21,576 nucleotides of DNA from Myxococcales bacterium (GTDB lineage: Bacteria > Myxococcota_A > UBA9042): positions 1 through 21,576 of the forward strand of contig JBBISH010000109.1 in NCBI GenBank assembly GCA_037441385.1, given 5' to 3'. The translations under genes and the position numbers were made by a program. A model generated the notes under the pieces. The model ran no database searches, had not been told where the DNA came from, and was given only the letters and a program-made list of their open reading frames with translations. Shown here in pieces: positions 1-8,778 of the stretch. The stretch's first letter is position 1. Every line of letters begins with the position of its first letter.

Positions 1-1766
1 CCTCGAAGGGCAGGCGCCGAAGCAGGGCTGTGAGATGCACGGAGCGCTCGCGATGGATCTGCCTGTGGCGGTGCGGGCGGAGGCGGCGGCGGCTCCTTGT
101 TGATCAGCCAACCACCGATGCCGAGCATGGCCAGCACGAACAACACCAGCGCGCCAATCAGCACACCCTTCATCTTGGACGGGGCGGCCTGCGGAGCCTC
201 GGGCTCGGCCAGTTCCTCGAAGAAGAGGTGCTCTTGCACCTTGGCCGCCTGGGTGCGCTCGGTGACCTTGGGACCGCGGCCAGACGCCGGCGCCGGCTTG
301 GGCTCGACGGCGGCGGTCTTGCTCATGTCCACGCGAACGCTGGACATCGTCGACTTCTCGGGCTCGGCCTTGGCAGGCTCGGGCTTGCTCGCCTCGACCT
401 TGGCCGGCTCGATCTTGGCCGGCTCGATCTTGACGGGTTCGATTTTGGCCGGCTCGATTTTGGCGGGCGCCATCTGCAGCGGCGCGGGCTTGGCGGGATC
501 GGTCTTGAGGGGCCCCGAACCCATCTGCAAGGTCTGACGGTCGCGGCTCTTCTTCTTGCCCTTCTTGCCCTTTTTGCCGGCAGGCGCGCCCGGTGCTTCC
601 TCTTCTTCCTCGTCGTCGTCGGCTTCGGCCGGGGCGGCGTCGGGCAGGGTCGCCACGGCGGCCGGCTCGATCTTGGCGGACTCGGGCGTGGCCTGAGCCG
701 GCTCCGCCTGGGCGGGTGCGGAGGTGACCGGCTCAACGGGGTCGGCCTCGACCTTGGCGGGCTCGGTCGGGGCCACCTCGACCGCCGCGACCTTGACCGT
801 TTCCGCCGGCGCCTCAGGTTCTTGCGCTGGTTGCGCGGCAGCCGGTACCGGTTCGGCCGCCGCAGCGATCGGTGCCGGCGTGCGGACTGGGGCCTCCGCG
901 GCAGCGCCGCGCCGTTCGACGGCCGGATTGTCGGCCGAAGCGCCATCGGACCAAGTCGCCCACAGAGCCGCGACGGCCGCCGCCCAAGCGTCGGTACTGG
1001 GGCGCTTGGCCGGATCCTTGTCCAGCGCCTCGCCCAGCAGACCTTGCAAGTCCTTGACACCCTTGAGACCGGGCTTGACCAAGTCCAGGCGCAGCGGCTT
1101 TTCGACCGACTGCCGCTTGATGGTCATGTGCGGCTGGCTCGAGGTGAACGGCGCCTTGGTCGCCGCCAACGCCCACACCACGGTCGCCGCCGAATACAAG
1201 TCCGACATGGCGCTGCCGGCCTGCAGTTTGCAGATCTCGGCCGCCAGGTATTCGGGCGTACCGTAGAAAACTTCTTGATTTGCCGTGGTAAGTGCCGGAA
1301 GCAGGCGCCACCAGCCAAAGCCAAAGGCGCGCACGGGGCCGCCCAGCGCCTCACCATCGGCCCACAGGCGGTGCGGCCCCAGGTCCAAGTGCAGCACGCC
1401 GGCCGCCGCAGCCGCCTGCAGCGCGCGAGCGGCGACGCTAGCGACCCGTAGAATTTGCGGCATTTCCAGCTTGTCGCGGCGCTTGATGGCCTCTTCGACC
1501 ACAAAGCCGGTGCTCGCTTCGCAGGCCAGCCAAGCCACGCCGCCATCGCGGCCGCTGGCATAGGTCAGCAGCACATCGCTGGATCCGGTCAGCTTCTGGT
1601 TGTCGCCCACAATCTCGGCCAGGACCGCGTCCCCCGGATCGCGGGTCAGCTGCAAAAGCAGGGCCGCCGCGCCCGTCTGATCGTCTACGGCGTGCGCCAG
1701 GCTGCCGAGCTTGCTCTGCTCGACAACGCGAACTGCCGAGAATCGTTGGGCAAATTGGTCACTCAT
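1..1766 (-). CDS. Ser/Thr protein kinase-like (probable pseudokinase) membrane protein, runs off the window start
   Basis: Manual translation from ATG at 1766 (MSDQFAQRF...) is open to position 1, so the ORF track misses it. It keeps kinase C-lobe motifs (GVLHLDLGP, FYGTPEYLAAE, SDLYS, ALDKDPAKRP), followed by a long Pro/Ala/Glu/Lys linker and a TM helix (GVLIGALVLFVLAMLGIGGWL). Confidence 0.85.
   Translation of the reverse strand, partial: MSDQFAQRFSAVRVVEQSKLGSLAHAVDDQTGAAALLLQLTRDPGDAVLAEIVGDNQKLTGSSDVLLTYASGRDGGVAWLACEASTGFVVEEAIKRRDKLEMPQILRVASVAARALQAAAAAGVLHLDLGPHRLWADGEALGGPVRAFGFGWWRLLPALTTANQEVFYGTPEYLAAEICKLQAGSAMSDLYSAATVVWALAATKAPFTSSQPHMTIKRQSVEKPLRLDLVKPGLKGVKDLQGLLGEALDKDPAKRPSTDAWAAAVAALWATWSDGASADNPAVERRGAAAEAPVRTPAPIAAAAEPVPAAAQPAQEPEAPAETVKVAAVEVAPTEPAKVEADPVEPVTSAPAQAEPAQATPESAKIEPAAVATLPDAAPAEADDDEEEEEAPGAPAGKKGKKGKKKSRDRQTLQMGSGPLKTDPAKPAPLQMAPAKIEPAKIEPVKIEPAKIEPAKVEASKPEPAKAEPEKSTMSSVRVDMSKTAAVEPKPAPASGRGPKVTERTQAAKVQEHLFFEELAEPEAPQAAPSKMKGVLIGALVLFVLAMLGIGGWLINKEPPPPPPAPPQADPSRALRASHSPASAPALR
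393..467 (-). repeat. Five in-frame 15-bp tandem repeats encoding P(A/V)K(I/V)E
   Basis: + strand units: ctcgaccttggccgg / ctcgatcttggccgg / ctcgatcttgacggg / ttcgattttggccgg / ctcgattttggcggg. Confidence 0.9.
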
Positions 1767-1931
1767 GGCCACTCATCCGTAGCAGGTGGTTCGCCTGCAG
1801 TTGCGCGATGATAGGTCCGCAATCCCGCCAGAGCAAGGACGCGGGTGCGAGCGGATCGGTTGGCGATTGCGCCAGTCTCCAGCAGGTGTTTACAAAGGCA
1901 AACGATTGGGTGGGCGAGCAGGAGCGCACGG

Positions 1932-1976
1932 GGCAGCCCAGTCTGCGGCAGCCCAGTCTGCGGCGGGCCAGTCTGC
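1932..1976. repeat. Intergenic 15-bp tandem repeat x3
   Basis: ggcagcccagtctgc, ggcagcccagtctgc, ggcgggccagtctgc, then a degenerate fourth unit. Confidence 0.85.
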
Positions 1977-2013
1977 GGCGGGCTAGGCCCAGTCCACGGA
2001 CCACCGCCCGACT

Positions 2014-2436
2014 TCAGGCGGTACGGCGCCCCTCGGCATCAAACGGAAAGTGCGACAGCCCAATGCGATTACCTTCCGGATCACGGACATACACGGTCCA
2101 CGGGCTTTGGTAGACGACTTCGACGCCGCAATGCGCCAAATGCGCCAACCAGGTCGCGCGGTTGCCCCAGTGGATCTCCAGCGCCAGCAAGTGCAACCCA
2201 GGCTCGGGCGAGCGCCACGGCGGCGGGTCCGGCTGGCCTTCGCAGACCTCTAGGGCCACCACGCCGGTACCCAAACGCACCCAAACCGCGCGATCGCCCT
2301 TGCCATCTTCGGCCGGCCAGCGCCGCTCGACCCGCAGGCGCAGGACCCGCTCGTAGAACCGCACCATCGCGGGCAGATCGCGGCACTGGATCGCCAAGTG
2401 GTGGACGCCAAACGGCGCAATCGGAGGTACGGCCAT
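2014..2436 (-). CDS. VOC (glyoxalase/bleomycin resistance) family protein
   Basis: GVHHLAIQCRDL..MVRFYERVL, GLHLLAL and VYVRDPEGNRIGL motifs; 140 aa. Confidence 0.9.
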   Translation of the reverse strand: MAVPPIAPFGVHHLAIQCRDLPAMVRFYERVLRLRVERRWPAEDGKGDRAVWVRLGTGVVALEVCEGQPDPPPWRSPEPGLHLLALEIHWGNRATWLAHLAHCGVEVVYQSPWTVYVRDPEGNRIGLSHFPFDAEGRRTA

Positions 2437-2531
2437 GGGATGCTCGCGGCGGCCGCAAGTGCAGCGCGCCGTGGTTATCCACCGGGCGGGCGGCCCCGGT
2501 CAACCCAGCCGACCGCGCCGGACGCCGCTAC

Positions 2532-2561
2532 TTGACGGATCCACGAAGCGGCACCTAGTCT
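2532..2561 (+). promoter_or_regulatory. Putative sigma70-type promoter for the lipoprotein gene at 2617
   Basis: TTGACG-N18-TAGTCT about 55 nt upstream of the ATG. Confidence 0.4.
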
Positions 2562-2616
2562 TGGCTGTGACGCGACCGGTTCGCGGCGCCATGATCTTGC
2601 CTCGGGGGGTAGCCAG

Positions 2617-3186
2617 ATGCCGACGTCGATCCACGAAAGCCAGAAAGTTCGCTCGGTTGGCATCAAGCTGGCTGCGAAAACGCTGCGCGGGCTGTTGGCT
2701 GCGGCGACCCTGCTGGCCACGTTGGCGTTGAGCGGCTGCGGCAACGATGAGTTCGACCAAGTCCGCAGCTACAAAGAGTTCTTGGTCAAGGCCAAGCCCT
2801 CGCTGCAGTCGATGAACAAGGTGCGCGAAGAGCTGTACAACGCCGACGGCGTCGAAACGATGATCGTCAAGTTCGAAGTCGGCCTGCTGCCCAACATCCA
2901 AACGCTGCACGATCTGACCGAGACCGAGCAAGTGCCCGAGGGCAAGCTCAAAGAAGTCCATGACCAGCTCAAGACGACCATGGACGCCTACCTGACGGCC
3001 ACCAAGACGCTGGTGACGGCGCTGAAGGGCGCCAAGGCCGCCAGCAAGGGCGACGACGCGGTGTACTACAGCACGGTCGAAAAGGCTTTGCTGGAATGGG
3101 GCTCTAAGGACAAGGACTTTGGCGACAAGATGTCGAACCTGGTCAACGACTTGAACGCCTACTTGGACAAGCTGGTCAAGTCGTAG
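2617..3186 (+). CDS. Hypothetical alpha-helical lipoprotein
   Basis: Basic N-region, hydrophobic stretch and lipobox LSG-C; strongly GC3-biased codons; helical Lys/Glu-rich mature part. Confidence 0.8.
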   Translation: MPTSIHESQKVRSVGIKLAAKTLRGLLAAATLLATLALSGCGNDEFDQVRSYKEFLVKAKPSLQSMNKVREELYNADGVETMIVKFEVGLLPNIQTLHDLTETEQVPEGKLKEVHDQLKTTMDAYLTATKTLVTALKGAKAASKGDDAVYYSTVEKALLEWGSKDKDFGDKMSNLVNDLNAYLDKLVKS

Positions 3187-3225
3187 GCCGCGATCGCCGC
3201 GGCCCACACGCGCGCGCCAGCCCTT

Positions 3226-3281
3226 CCCAACAGGACAATCCCAACCGGGCAATCCAAGCAGGGCAATCCAAGCAGGGCAAC
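3226..3281. repeat. Four 14-bp imperfect direct repeats upstream of the bolA promoter
   Basis: cccaacaggacaat / cccaaccgggcaat / ccaagcagggcaat / ccaagcagggcaac. Confidence 0.85.
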
Positions 3282-3288
3282 TGCGGAA

Positions 3289-3342
3289 TAATCGGACCTT
3301 AGTAGTCCTATATCTTGCTCCGGCGCGCGGGCCGCCTATTCT
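3289..3342 (+). promoter_or_regulatory. Putative bolA-grxD promoter with adjacent IscR/Rrf2-like operator
   Basis: TAATCGGAC-CTTAGTA-GTCCTATAT (GAC-N7-GTC dyad, 3289-3313) directly followed by TTGCTC(3315)-N16-TATTCT(3337-3342). Confidence 0.55.
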
Positions 3343-3382
3343 GGCTGGGCTGCGGCCGCGGGTGGCCCAGCATGGGGATGCG

Positions 3383-3607
3383 ATGCAGAACTGGATCGAG
3401 ACGACGCTGACGGCGGCCTTCCCCGGCGCCGACGTGCGGGTGACGGACACCACCGGGGGCCAGGATCACTTCGAAGTCGAGGTGATTGCCCCCCAATTTG
3501 CCGGCAAGACGCCGATCCAGCAGCACCGCATGGTGTACGCCGCCCTGGGCGAGCAAGTGGGCTACGAAATCCACGCCTTGGGTCTGAAGACCCGCGCCAA
3601 GGTCTAG
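3383..3607 (+). CDS. bolA: BolA/IbaG family iron-sulfur metabolism protein
   Basis: DHFEVEVIAPQFAGK..IQQHRMVYAAL...IHAL motif; directly upstream of a monothiol glutaredoxin; ATG 3383 preferred over GTG 3362. Confidence 0.93.
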   Translation: MQNWIETTLTAAFPGADVRVTDTTGGQDHFEVEVIAPQFAGKTPIQQHRMVYAALGEQVGYEIHALGLKTRAKV

Positions 3608-3625
3608 TCCGACACGGGAGCTAAC

Positions 3626-3949
3626 ATGCGAGATATTCAGAAAGAAATCGATGATCTGGTGAAATCCAAGCCGGTGGTCCTGTTCATGAAGGGCACGCCG
3701 TCGATGCCGATGTGCGGCTTCTCGGCCCGCACCGTGGAGGCCATCAAGGCCTGCGGCGTGGCGTTCTCGTCGGTCAACGTGCTGGCCGATCCCGACATCC
3801 GCGAAGGCGTGAAGGAATACGGCAAGTGGCCGACCATCCCGCAGCTCTACGTGGGCGGCGAGTTGGTGGGCGGCTGCGACATCACGCTGGAAATGTACCA
3901 GAGCGGTGAGCTGGAGCCCATGCTGAAGCAGGCCACCGCGCAGAGCTGA
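3626..3949 (+). CDS. grxD: Monothiol glutaredoxin (Grx4 family)
   Basis: VVLFMKGTP..PMCGFS, WPTIPQLYVGGELVGGCDI; RBS gggag. Confidence 0.97.
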   Translation: MRDIQKEIDDLVKSKPVVLFMKGTPSMPMCGFSARTVEAIKACGVAFSSVNVLADPDIREGVKEYGKWPTIPQLYVGGELVGGCDITLEMYQSGELEPMLKQATAQS

Positions 3950-3952
3950 GTT

Positions 3953-4615
3953 TTGGCAAGCAACGTGCTGAGTCTTGGCGGGCCAGAGGCATTCGTGACC
4001 GATTACTTTGAAGTTTCGCGCACCACGCGCCCGGCCGACTGGTTCGAGCGCATCCTACCGTCGCTAGCGCTCCGGCTGCCAAACACCAGCCTGGACTACT
4101 GGTCGGTCTACCACATCGACGGCGTGGGCAGTTGGTCGGTGGGGCTGCAGGGCGGCAAAGTAGCGGTCAAGAAGGGCCTGGCCGAGCCGGTGGGCGTGCA
4201 AATTCGCATGAGCGCTGGCCATTTCCGCGAGGCGATGTTCGGGGCCCTGCGCGATCGCCTGGCCGAGGTGCTCAAACGCCTGGGCAAGCCGCAAGCGTTG
4301 CCCGATGCCTCGCGGCTGGTCATCGACGCCAAGCAGATCGCCGCCACCGTGGCAGTGGGCGGGAATTTGGCCGTAGTTCTGCGGGATCGCAGGATGGGCG
4401 ACGAATACCAGTTCGCCATGACCATCGGGGCCGCGCCAGCCGGGCCGCCCACCACCACCATCGTCGCCGATCTGGACGACTTGGTGGCGCTGGCGGTGGC
4501 CCGCACCCCGCCGCACAAGCTGCTCACAGGCGGCAAGTTGCGGATCAGCGGCGACTTGGACCGCCCGGCCAAGCTGCTGACGGCTCTGCTGGCATCGGCG
4601 AAATCGGCCGCGTAG
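3953..4615 (+). CDS. SCP2 sterol/lipid-binding domain protein (possibly two SCP2-like units)
   Basis: TTG start 3 nt after grxD; SCP2-like segments GSWSVGLQGGKVAVKKG..VQIRMS and TTTIVADLDDLVALA...LLTGGKLRISGDL. Confidence 0.65.
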   Translation: MASNVLSLGGPEAFVTDYFEVSRTTRPADWFERILPSLALRLPNTSLDYWSVYHIDGVGSWSVGLQGGKVAVKKGLAEPVGVQIRMSAGHFREAMFGALRDRLAEVLKRLGKPQALPDASRLVIDAKQIAATVAVGGNLAVVLRDRRMGDEYQFAMTIGAAPAGPPTTTIVADLDDLVALAVARTPPHKLLTGGKLRISGDLDRPAKLLTALLASAKSAA

Positions 4616-4687
4616 CCCACCTGGGTCGCTGCGGCGCCTTGACGTCGCGGCGCTGCGTGCTTGCATGTTGGGCCGCCAGGAGGCCCC

Positions 4688-6553
4688 ATGAGCACCCCGT
4701 ATCTTGAAGAAGACGACGACCTGGACGACCGCGAGTTCGAGCCAGAGACCGACCAAGGCGCCCATCGCTACGCGCCGCAGATCGGCCCGGCTTGGGATCC
4801 GTACGAGAATCGCCCCGAAGAGCGTCACCAGGTGCTCGCGCCCCTGCTGTCGGCCGATCAGACCAACCTGCACCACGTTCCAACCGAACTGCAGGGCGGA
4901 AGCGCCGCGAGCAAGCTGGAATACCTGCTGAATCTGCCGCACCCAGCCGAGGTGGTGACGGCGTTGGCACCCGAGGAGTTCGTGTTCCTGGTCACCGAGA
5001 TCGGCAAAAGCGATGCCGCCGAGCTGCTGGCCCTGGCCTCGCCGCGGCAACTGCAGGCCTGCCTGGACCTGGACGCCTGGCACGACGACAGCCTGGACCT
5101 GGACCGCATGCTGCACTGGCTGACGGTGGCGCGCAGCGAGGGCCCCGAAGTGCTGGATCGGATGGTGGCCGCGCAAGAAGATGGCCTGCTGTGTCTGGCG
5201 CTGGGGCAAGTCCTCAAGGCCGTGCCGATCCGCGAAGAGATGGACAACGAGGTGCCGGACGACGCCGAGACCTTCGATTCGCCCGACGGCAGCTTCCGCC
5301 TGTACGGCGAGCTGGACAGCGCCAGCATGGACGGCCTGCGCGCGCTGGTGCAATCGCTGTACCGGACTGATTTGCTGCGCGGTCGTGCGGTGTTGCGGGC
5401 CCTGACCGCCGAACTGCCCAGCCAGCTCGAAGACGATCTGCTGGCGCTGCGCAACGCGCGCCTGGCCGACTTGGGGATGGTGGGCCGCGATGAAGCCCTT
5501 GAAATCTATGCCTACCGCGATCCCAATGCGTTTGCGACCGAATTGCGCGACCAGTGGCGCGGCACGGCCATGCAAACGGACCTGAACCACCTGCAGCGCA
5601 GCCCGCAACCGTACCTGCCCCTTGAGGAACAGGCGCGCCTGGGCCTGGCGCTGCGCGACCGCGATGCCGAGGGCAGCTTCTTGGGCGCCGTGTACGCCAG
5701 GCTGCCCAGCCATGTGCAAGAGCGCGTGCAAACTGGGTTGCTGCATCTGGCCTACCGGGTGCAATGCGCCCGTGCCGACACCGCAGCCGCGGTGGACGAA
5801 CTGCCGCGCTGGTCGCGCCACGCGCTGCGGACCTTGGCCATGGGCCTGCAGCACCTGTGCGACGACGATCTGGATTATGCGGCCCTGTTGCTGGCGCACG
5901 TGCCCGCCATCGAACTGTTTCGCGCTGGGCACTCGCTGGTGGTCATCGAAGTTCACCGCGCGCGGCGGCTGCGCAGCAGTTTGGGCGGCGCCGCGGGGCT
6001 GGCGCTGCTCGAACCCGAGGATGCCCGCGTGGTGGCGTCGCTTTTGGCGCGTCATCCGGCGCACGTGGTCGGCGAACTGCAGCGCCCCTTCGAGACGTTG
6101 GCCGAGCTGGCGGCAGTGCGGCTGCGCCTGCGGGCACTGACGGCGCGGGTGTCGTGGATGGCCAAGCTGGCCGCGGGCGATCTGCAGGCCCTGCTGGCGG
6201 CGCTGCCGACCAAGGAGCGTCCGCGGCTGCAAGCGCTGTTCAACACCGCGCTGGCTTGGCAGGTAGTGGCCGGCCGGCCGCAGCTGCAGCCGATGACTGG
6301 GCTGGATCTGCGCGAGTTCTTGGGCCGGGCCTTTGCCGCGGGCCGGTTGGCCGAAGAGCTGCGCGCTGGGGTAACCGCGGCCGTGCTCGCCGACATCGAA
6401 CTCACCGACGAAGTGGCGACTGCGCTTGCGGAATTCGTTGATGAGAGCTTGGATCGCTTGGCCGAGGATCTGGGCGGCCTGGCGGATGCGGCCCAGGTCG
6501 ACGTGCGCTTTGTCGGCGACGCCCTGTGGGTAACGGCCGAACTGCCGAGCTGA
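4688..6553 (+). CDS. DUF6178-like conserved deltaproteobacterial protein
   Basis: RBS AGGAGG before ATG 4688; ELLALASPRQLQACLDLDAW and RNARLADLG..EALEIY segments recalled as typical of DUF6178. Confidence 0.65.
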   Translation: MSTPYLEEDDDLDDREFEPETDQGAHRYAPQIGPAWDPYENRPEERHQVLAPLLSADQTNLHHVPTELQGGSAASKLEYLLNLPHPAEVVTALAPEEFVFLVTEIGKSDAAELLALASPRQLQACLDLDAWHDDSLDLDRMLHWLTVARSEGPEVLDRMVAAQEDGLLCLALGQVLKAVPIREEMDNEVPDDAETFDSPDGSFRLYGELDSASMDGLRALVQSLYRTDLLRGRAVLRALTAELPSQLEDDLLALRNARLADLGMVGRDEALEIYAYRDPNAFATELRDQWRGTAMQTDLNHLQRSPQPYLPLEEQARLGLALRDRDAEGSFLGAVYARLPSHVQERVQTGLLHLAYRVQCARADTAAAVDELPRWSRHALRTLAMGLQHLCDDDLDYAALLLAHVPAIELFRAGHSLVVIEVHRARRLRSSLGGAAGLALLEPEDARVVASLLARHPAHVVGELQRPFETLAELAAVRLRLRALTARVSWMAKLAAGDLQALLAALPTKERPRLQALFNTALAWQVVAGRPQLQPMTGLDLREFLGRAFAAGRLAEELRAGVTAAVLADIELTDEVATALAEFVDESLDRLAEDLGGLADAAQVDVRFVGDALWVTAELPS

Positions 6554-6669
6554 GCAGGCAAGAATCACAATCCTTTGATCTTAAATCCTATTTCTAGCCG
6601 CTTGAAGTTGCCGCAGGCCCGCCGCACACTGGGGACTGCACTGAGCTTCGTCTTGGTCGGCAGATCGCT

Positions 6670-7623
6670 ATGCAGCCGCAGCCGCAGCAGCCCACCGAAC
6701 CGTTTGTTGTTGAACCCCTTTTGGCGCGTCACCCGCGGACCTGGCCGCGCCTGTTGCTGCTGCTGGCGGTCGCTTCCGCCACACTCTACTGCTCGGGTGC
6801 CCCACAGCGGCGCAGTTCGCGGACCCAAGTGACCGTGAGCGGCGGCTACGCCCAGGCGACGCAGAATCACTACGGCTGCGGCGGTGAATTGATCAGCAGC
6901 GAGACGCAGTTGCAGGCCAGCGGCAGCGCCGAGGTCTTGCACGAAAACGAGGCGGGCTGGATGGCCGGCCTAGAAGTCAGCGCCCAGCGTGCCGAAGTGC
7001 AGCAAGTGCGCGCGTCGGGGCAGCTCGCGCTGGAGGGCACCAGCGAGCATCCGCTGACCACCTACTGGCAGCGGGCCGCCACGGTGCGCTTGGGTTGGGA
7101 TTTTGCCTACTTCGGCTTCGACGGTGGCGCGAGCTTCTACACGCAGGGCACAACCGCCAGCCCGTACCTGGCCTTGCGCGGTGGTTCGATCCACAACGGG
7201 TTCTACGCGGAATTGCAGGGGGGCTCGCGGCACCCGCTCTGGGACCCCACTTTGGTGAGCGCCGGCGTGCACTTCCGCGACGAGCGATTTCGCGCCGGAC
7301 TCGCGCTCGCATCTACCGCGCGGCGCATGCTGACCCACCACGTCAACAACGGCGCGCTGGTGACCGACGGTTACCAATGGGGTTCGGTACTCAACGGGGG
7401 CGACCCAGCCGTGATCGGCTATGCCGAAGTGTGGCCGCAGAGCAACGCGGCGATCCGCTTCACGGGCGTAGGGGCCGAGACCTGGGGTGCGACGATCAGC
7501 CTCATCCTGGGCCTTGGCGGCGATCCAGAACCCGACGAGCCCGAGTGGCGCGGACGCGCCGCGCCTCTGCCCGACGCACCCCCCGAGCCCTTGCCGCCCG
7601 AGGCGACGCCGATCGCGCGTTGA
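6670..7623 (+). CDS. Hypothetical exported protein, possibly outer-membrane beta-rich, with Pro-rich tail
   Basis: Hydrophobic signal-like segment (RLLLLLAVASA); amphipathic Gly/aromatic beta-like strands (ATVRLGWDFAYFGFDGGASF). Confidence 0.65.
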   Translation: MQPQPQQPTEPFVVEPLLARHPRTWPRLLLLLAVASATLYCSGAPQRRSSRTQVTVSGGYAQATQNHYGCGGELISSETQLQASGSAEVLHENEAGWMAGLEVSAQRAEVQQVRASGQLALEGTSEHPLTTYWQRAATVRLGWDFAYFGFDGGASFYTQGTTASPYLALRGGSIHNGFYAELQGGSRHPLWDPTLVSAGVHFRDERFRAGLALASTARRMLTHHVNNGALVTDGYQWGSVLNGGDPAVIGYAEVWPQSNAAIRFTGVGAETWGATISLILGLGGDPEPDEPEWRGRAAPLPDAPPEPLPPEATPIAR

Positions 7624-8595
7624 TCAAGCGTTGGCAAAGTCCTGGAACAGGATGCTCGACAGGTAGCGCTCACCGGCGTCGGGCAACACGGCCACGATAC
7701 GCTTGCCCACATTTTCGGGGCGGCGCGCCAGCTTGAGGGCCGCGGCCACATTCGCGCCGCAGCTGATCCCGGCCGTGATGCCCTCTTCGCGGTGCAGCCG
7801 GCGCGCGGTCTCCACGGCCTCGTCGTTGGTGACGGTGATGACTTCGTCGACCAGATCCAGGTCCAGCACGTCGGGCTTGAAACCAGCGCCAATGCCTTGA
7901 ATCTTGTGCGGACCCGGCTTGGGCGGCTGACCGGCCTTGATGGCGGTGAGCACGGGCGAGTCGGCCGGCTCGACGGCGACTGCCTTGACATTCAAGCCCT
8001 TGGCTTGCTTGAGGTAGCGCGCCACGCCGGTGATGGTCCCGCCGGTACCGACGCCGGCGACAAAGAAGTCGACCTGGCCGTCCGTGTCGTCGAAGATCTC
8101 GGGGCCGGTCGTGTCAAAATGGACCTGCGGGTTGGCAGGGTTCTTGAACTGCTGCGGCATGTAATAGCGCTCGGGGTCCGACGCGACGATTTCTTCGGCC
8201 TTGGCGATGGCGCCCGGCATTCCGCGCGGGCCTTCGGTCAGCACGAGCTGGGCGCCAAAGGCCAGCAGCATACGCCGCCGCTCCAGGCTCATGGTCTCGG
8301 GCATCGTCAGGATCAGCGGGTAGCCGCGCGCCGCCGCCACATAGGCCAGGGCAATGCCGGTGTTGCCGCTGGTCGGCTCGACGATCGTCACGGCGCGCGA
8401 ACCAGGAACCAACTTGCCGGCGCGTTCCGCAGCCCAGATCATCGCTGCGCCGATGCGACACTTGACCGAGTAGGCGGGGTTGCGGCCCTCGATCTTGACG
8501 ACGACCTCTGCGCCGGTGCCGGCCGACAAGCGGTGCAAGCGCACCAGCGGGGTGCGGCCGATGCTGAGGCTGTTGTCGTCGAAAATGCGAGCCAT
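7624..8595 (-). CDS. cysK: Cysteine synthase A (O-acetylserine thiol-lyase)
   Basis: [11 protein letters not shown] (PLP Lys), [42 protein letters not shown]. Confidence 0.98.
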   Translation of the reverse strand: MARIFDDNSLSIGRTPLVRLHRLSAGTGAEVVVKIEGRNPAYSVKCRIGAAMIWAAERAGKLVPGSRAVTIVEPTSGNTGIALAYVAAARGYPLILTMPETMSLERRRMLLAFGAQLVLTEGPRGMPGAIAKAEEIVASDPERYYMPQQFKNPANPQVHFDTTGPEIFDDTDGQVDFFVAGVGTGGTITGVARYLKQAKGLNVKAVAVEPADSPVLTAIKAGQPPKPGPHKIQGIGAGFKPDVLDLDLVDEVITVTNDEAVETARRLHREEGITAGISCGANVAAALKLARRPENVGKRIVAVLPDAGERYLSSILFQDFANA

Positions 8596-8730
8596 GCTGG
8601 TCTCCTAGAGGGTGAAAGGGGTGCTGTGTCCCAACCCAGGTTGCGGGTCCGGTGTTTGGCTGCGGGCACCATAACCCAAGCGCTTTGAAACGAAAAGTCC
8701 GCCGCCAGCACTGTAGGCGGCACGCCGTTC

Positions 8731-8778
8731 ATCGTGCCCAATCCGCCCAGCAATGTCAATCCCTATCGGAAAACTAGG
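8731..8778 (-). promoter_or_regulatory. cysK sigma70 promoter with adjacent palindromic operator
   Basis: Minus strand: perfect TTGACA (8759-8754)-N17-CACGAT (8736-8731); dyad CCTA-N9-TAGG at 8762-8778 directly upstream of the -35. Confidence 0.6.

Noticed and set aside
30..1451. 473-aa + strand ORF and other long antisense ORFs (4064-6568, 8734-10146, 16092-17420, 19928-21418)
   Set aside because: Shadow ORFs typical of high-GC DNA; each lies opposite a gene with recognisable motifs and proper codon bias.
3226..3281. CRISPR-like array from the intergenic repeats (also 1932-1976)
   Set aside because: Units are 14-15 bp and contiguous, with no spacers.
6560..6600. AT-rich patch after the DUF6178-like gene
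   Set aside because: Probably promoter DNA for the next gene, but no clear -35/-10 pair or dyad could be assigned.
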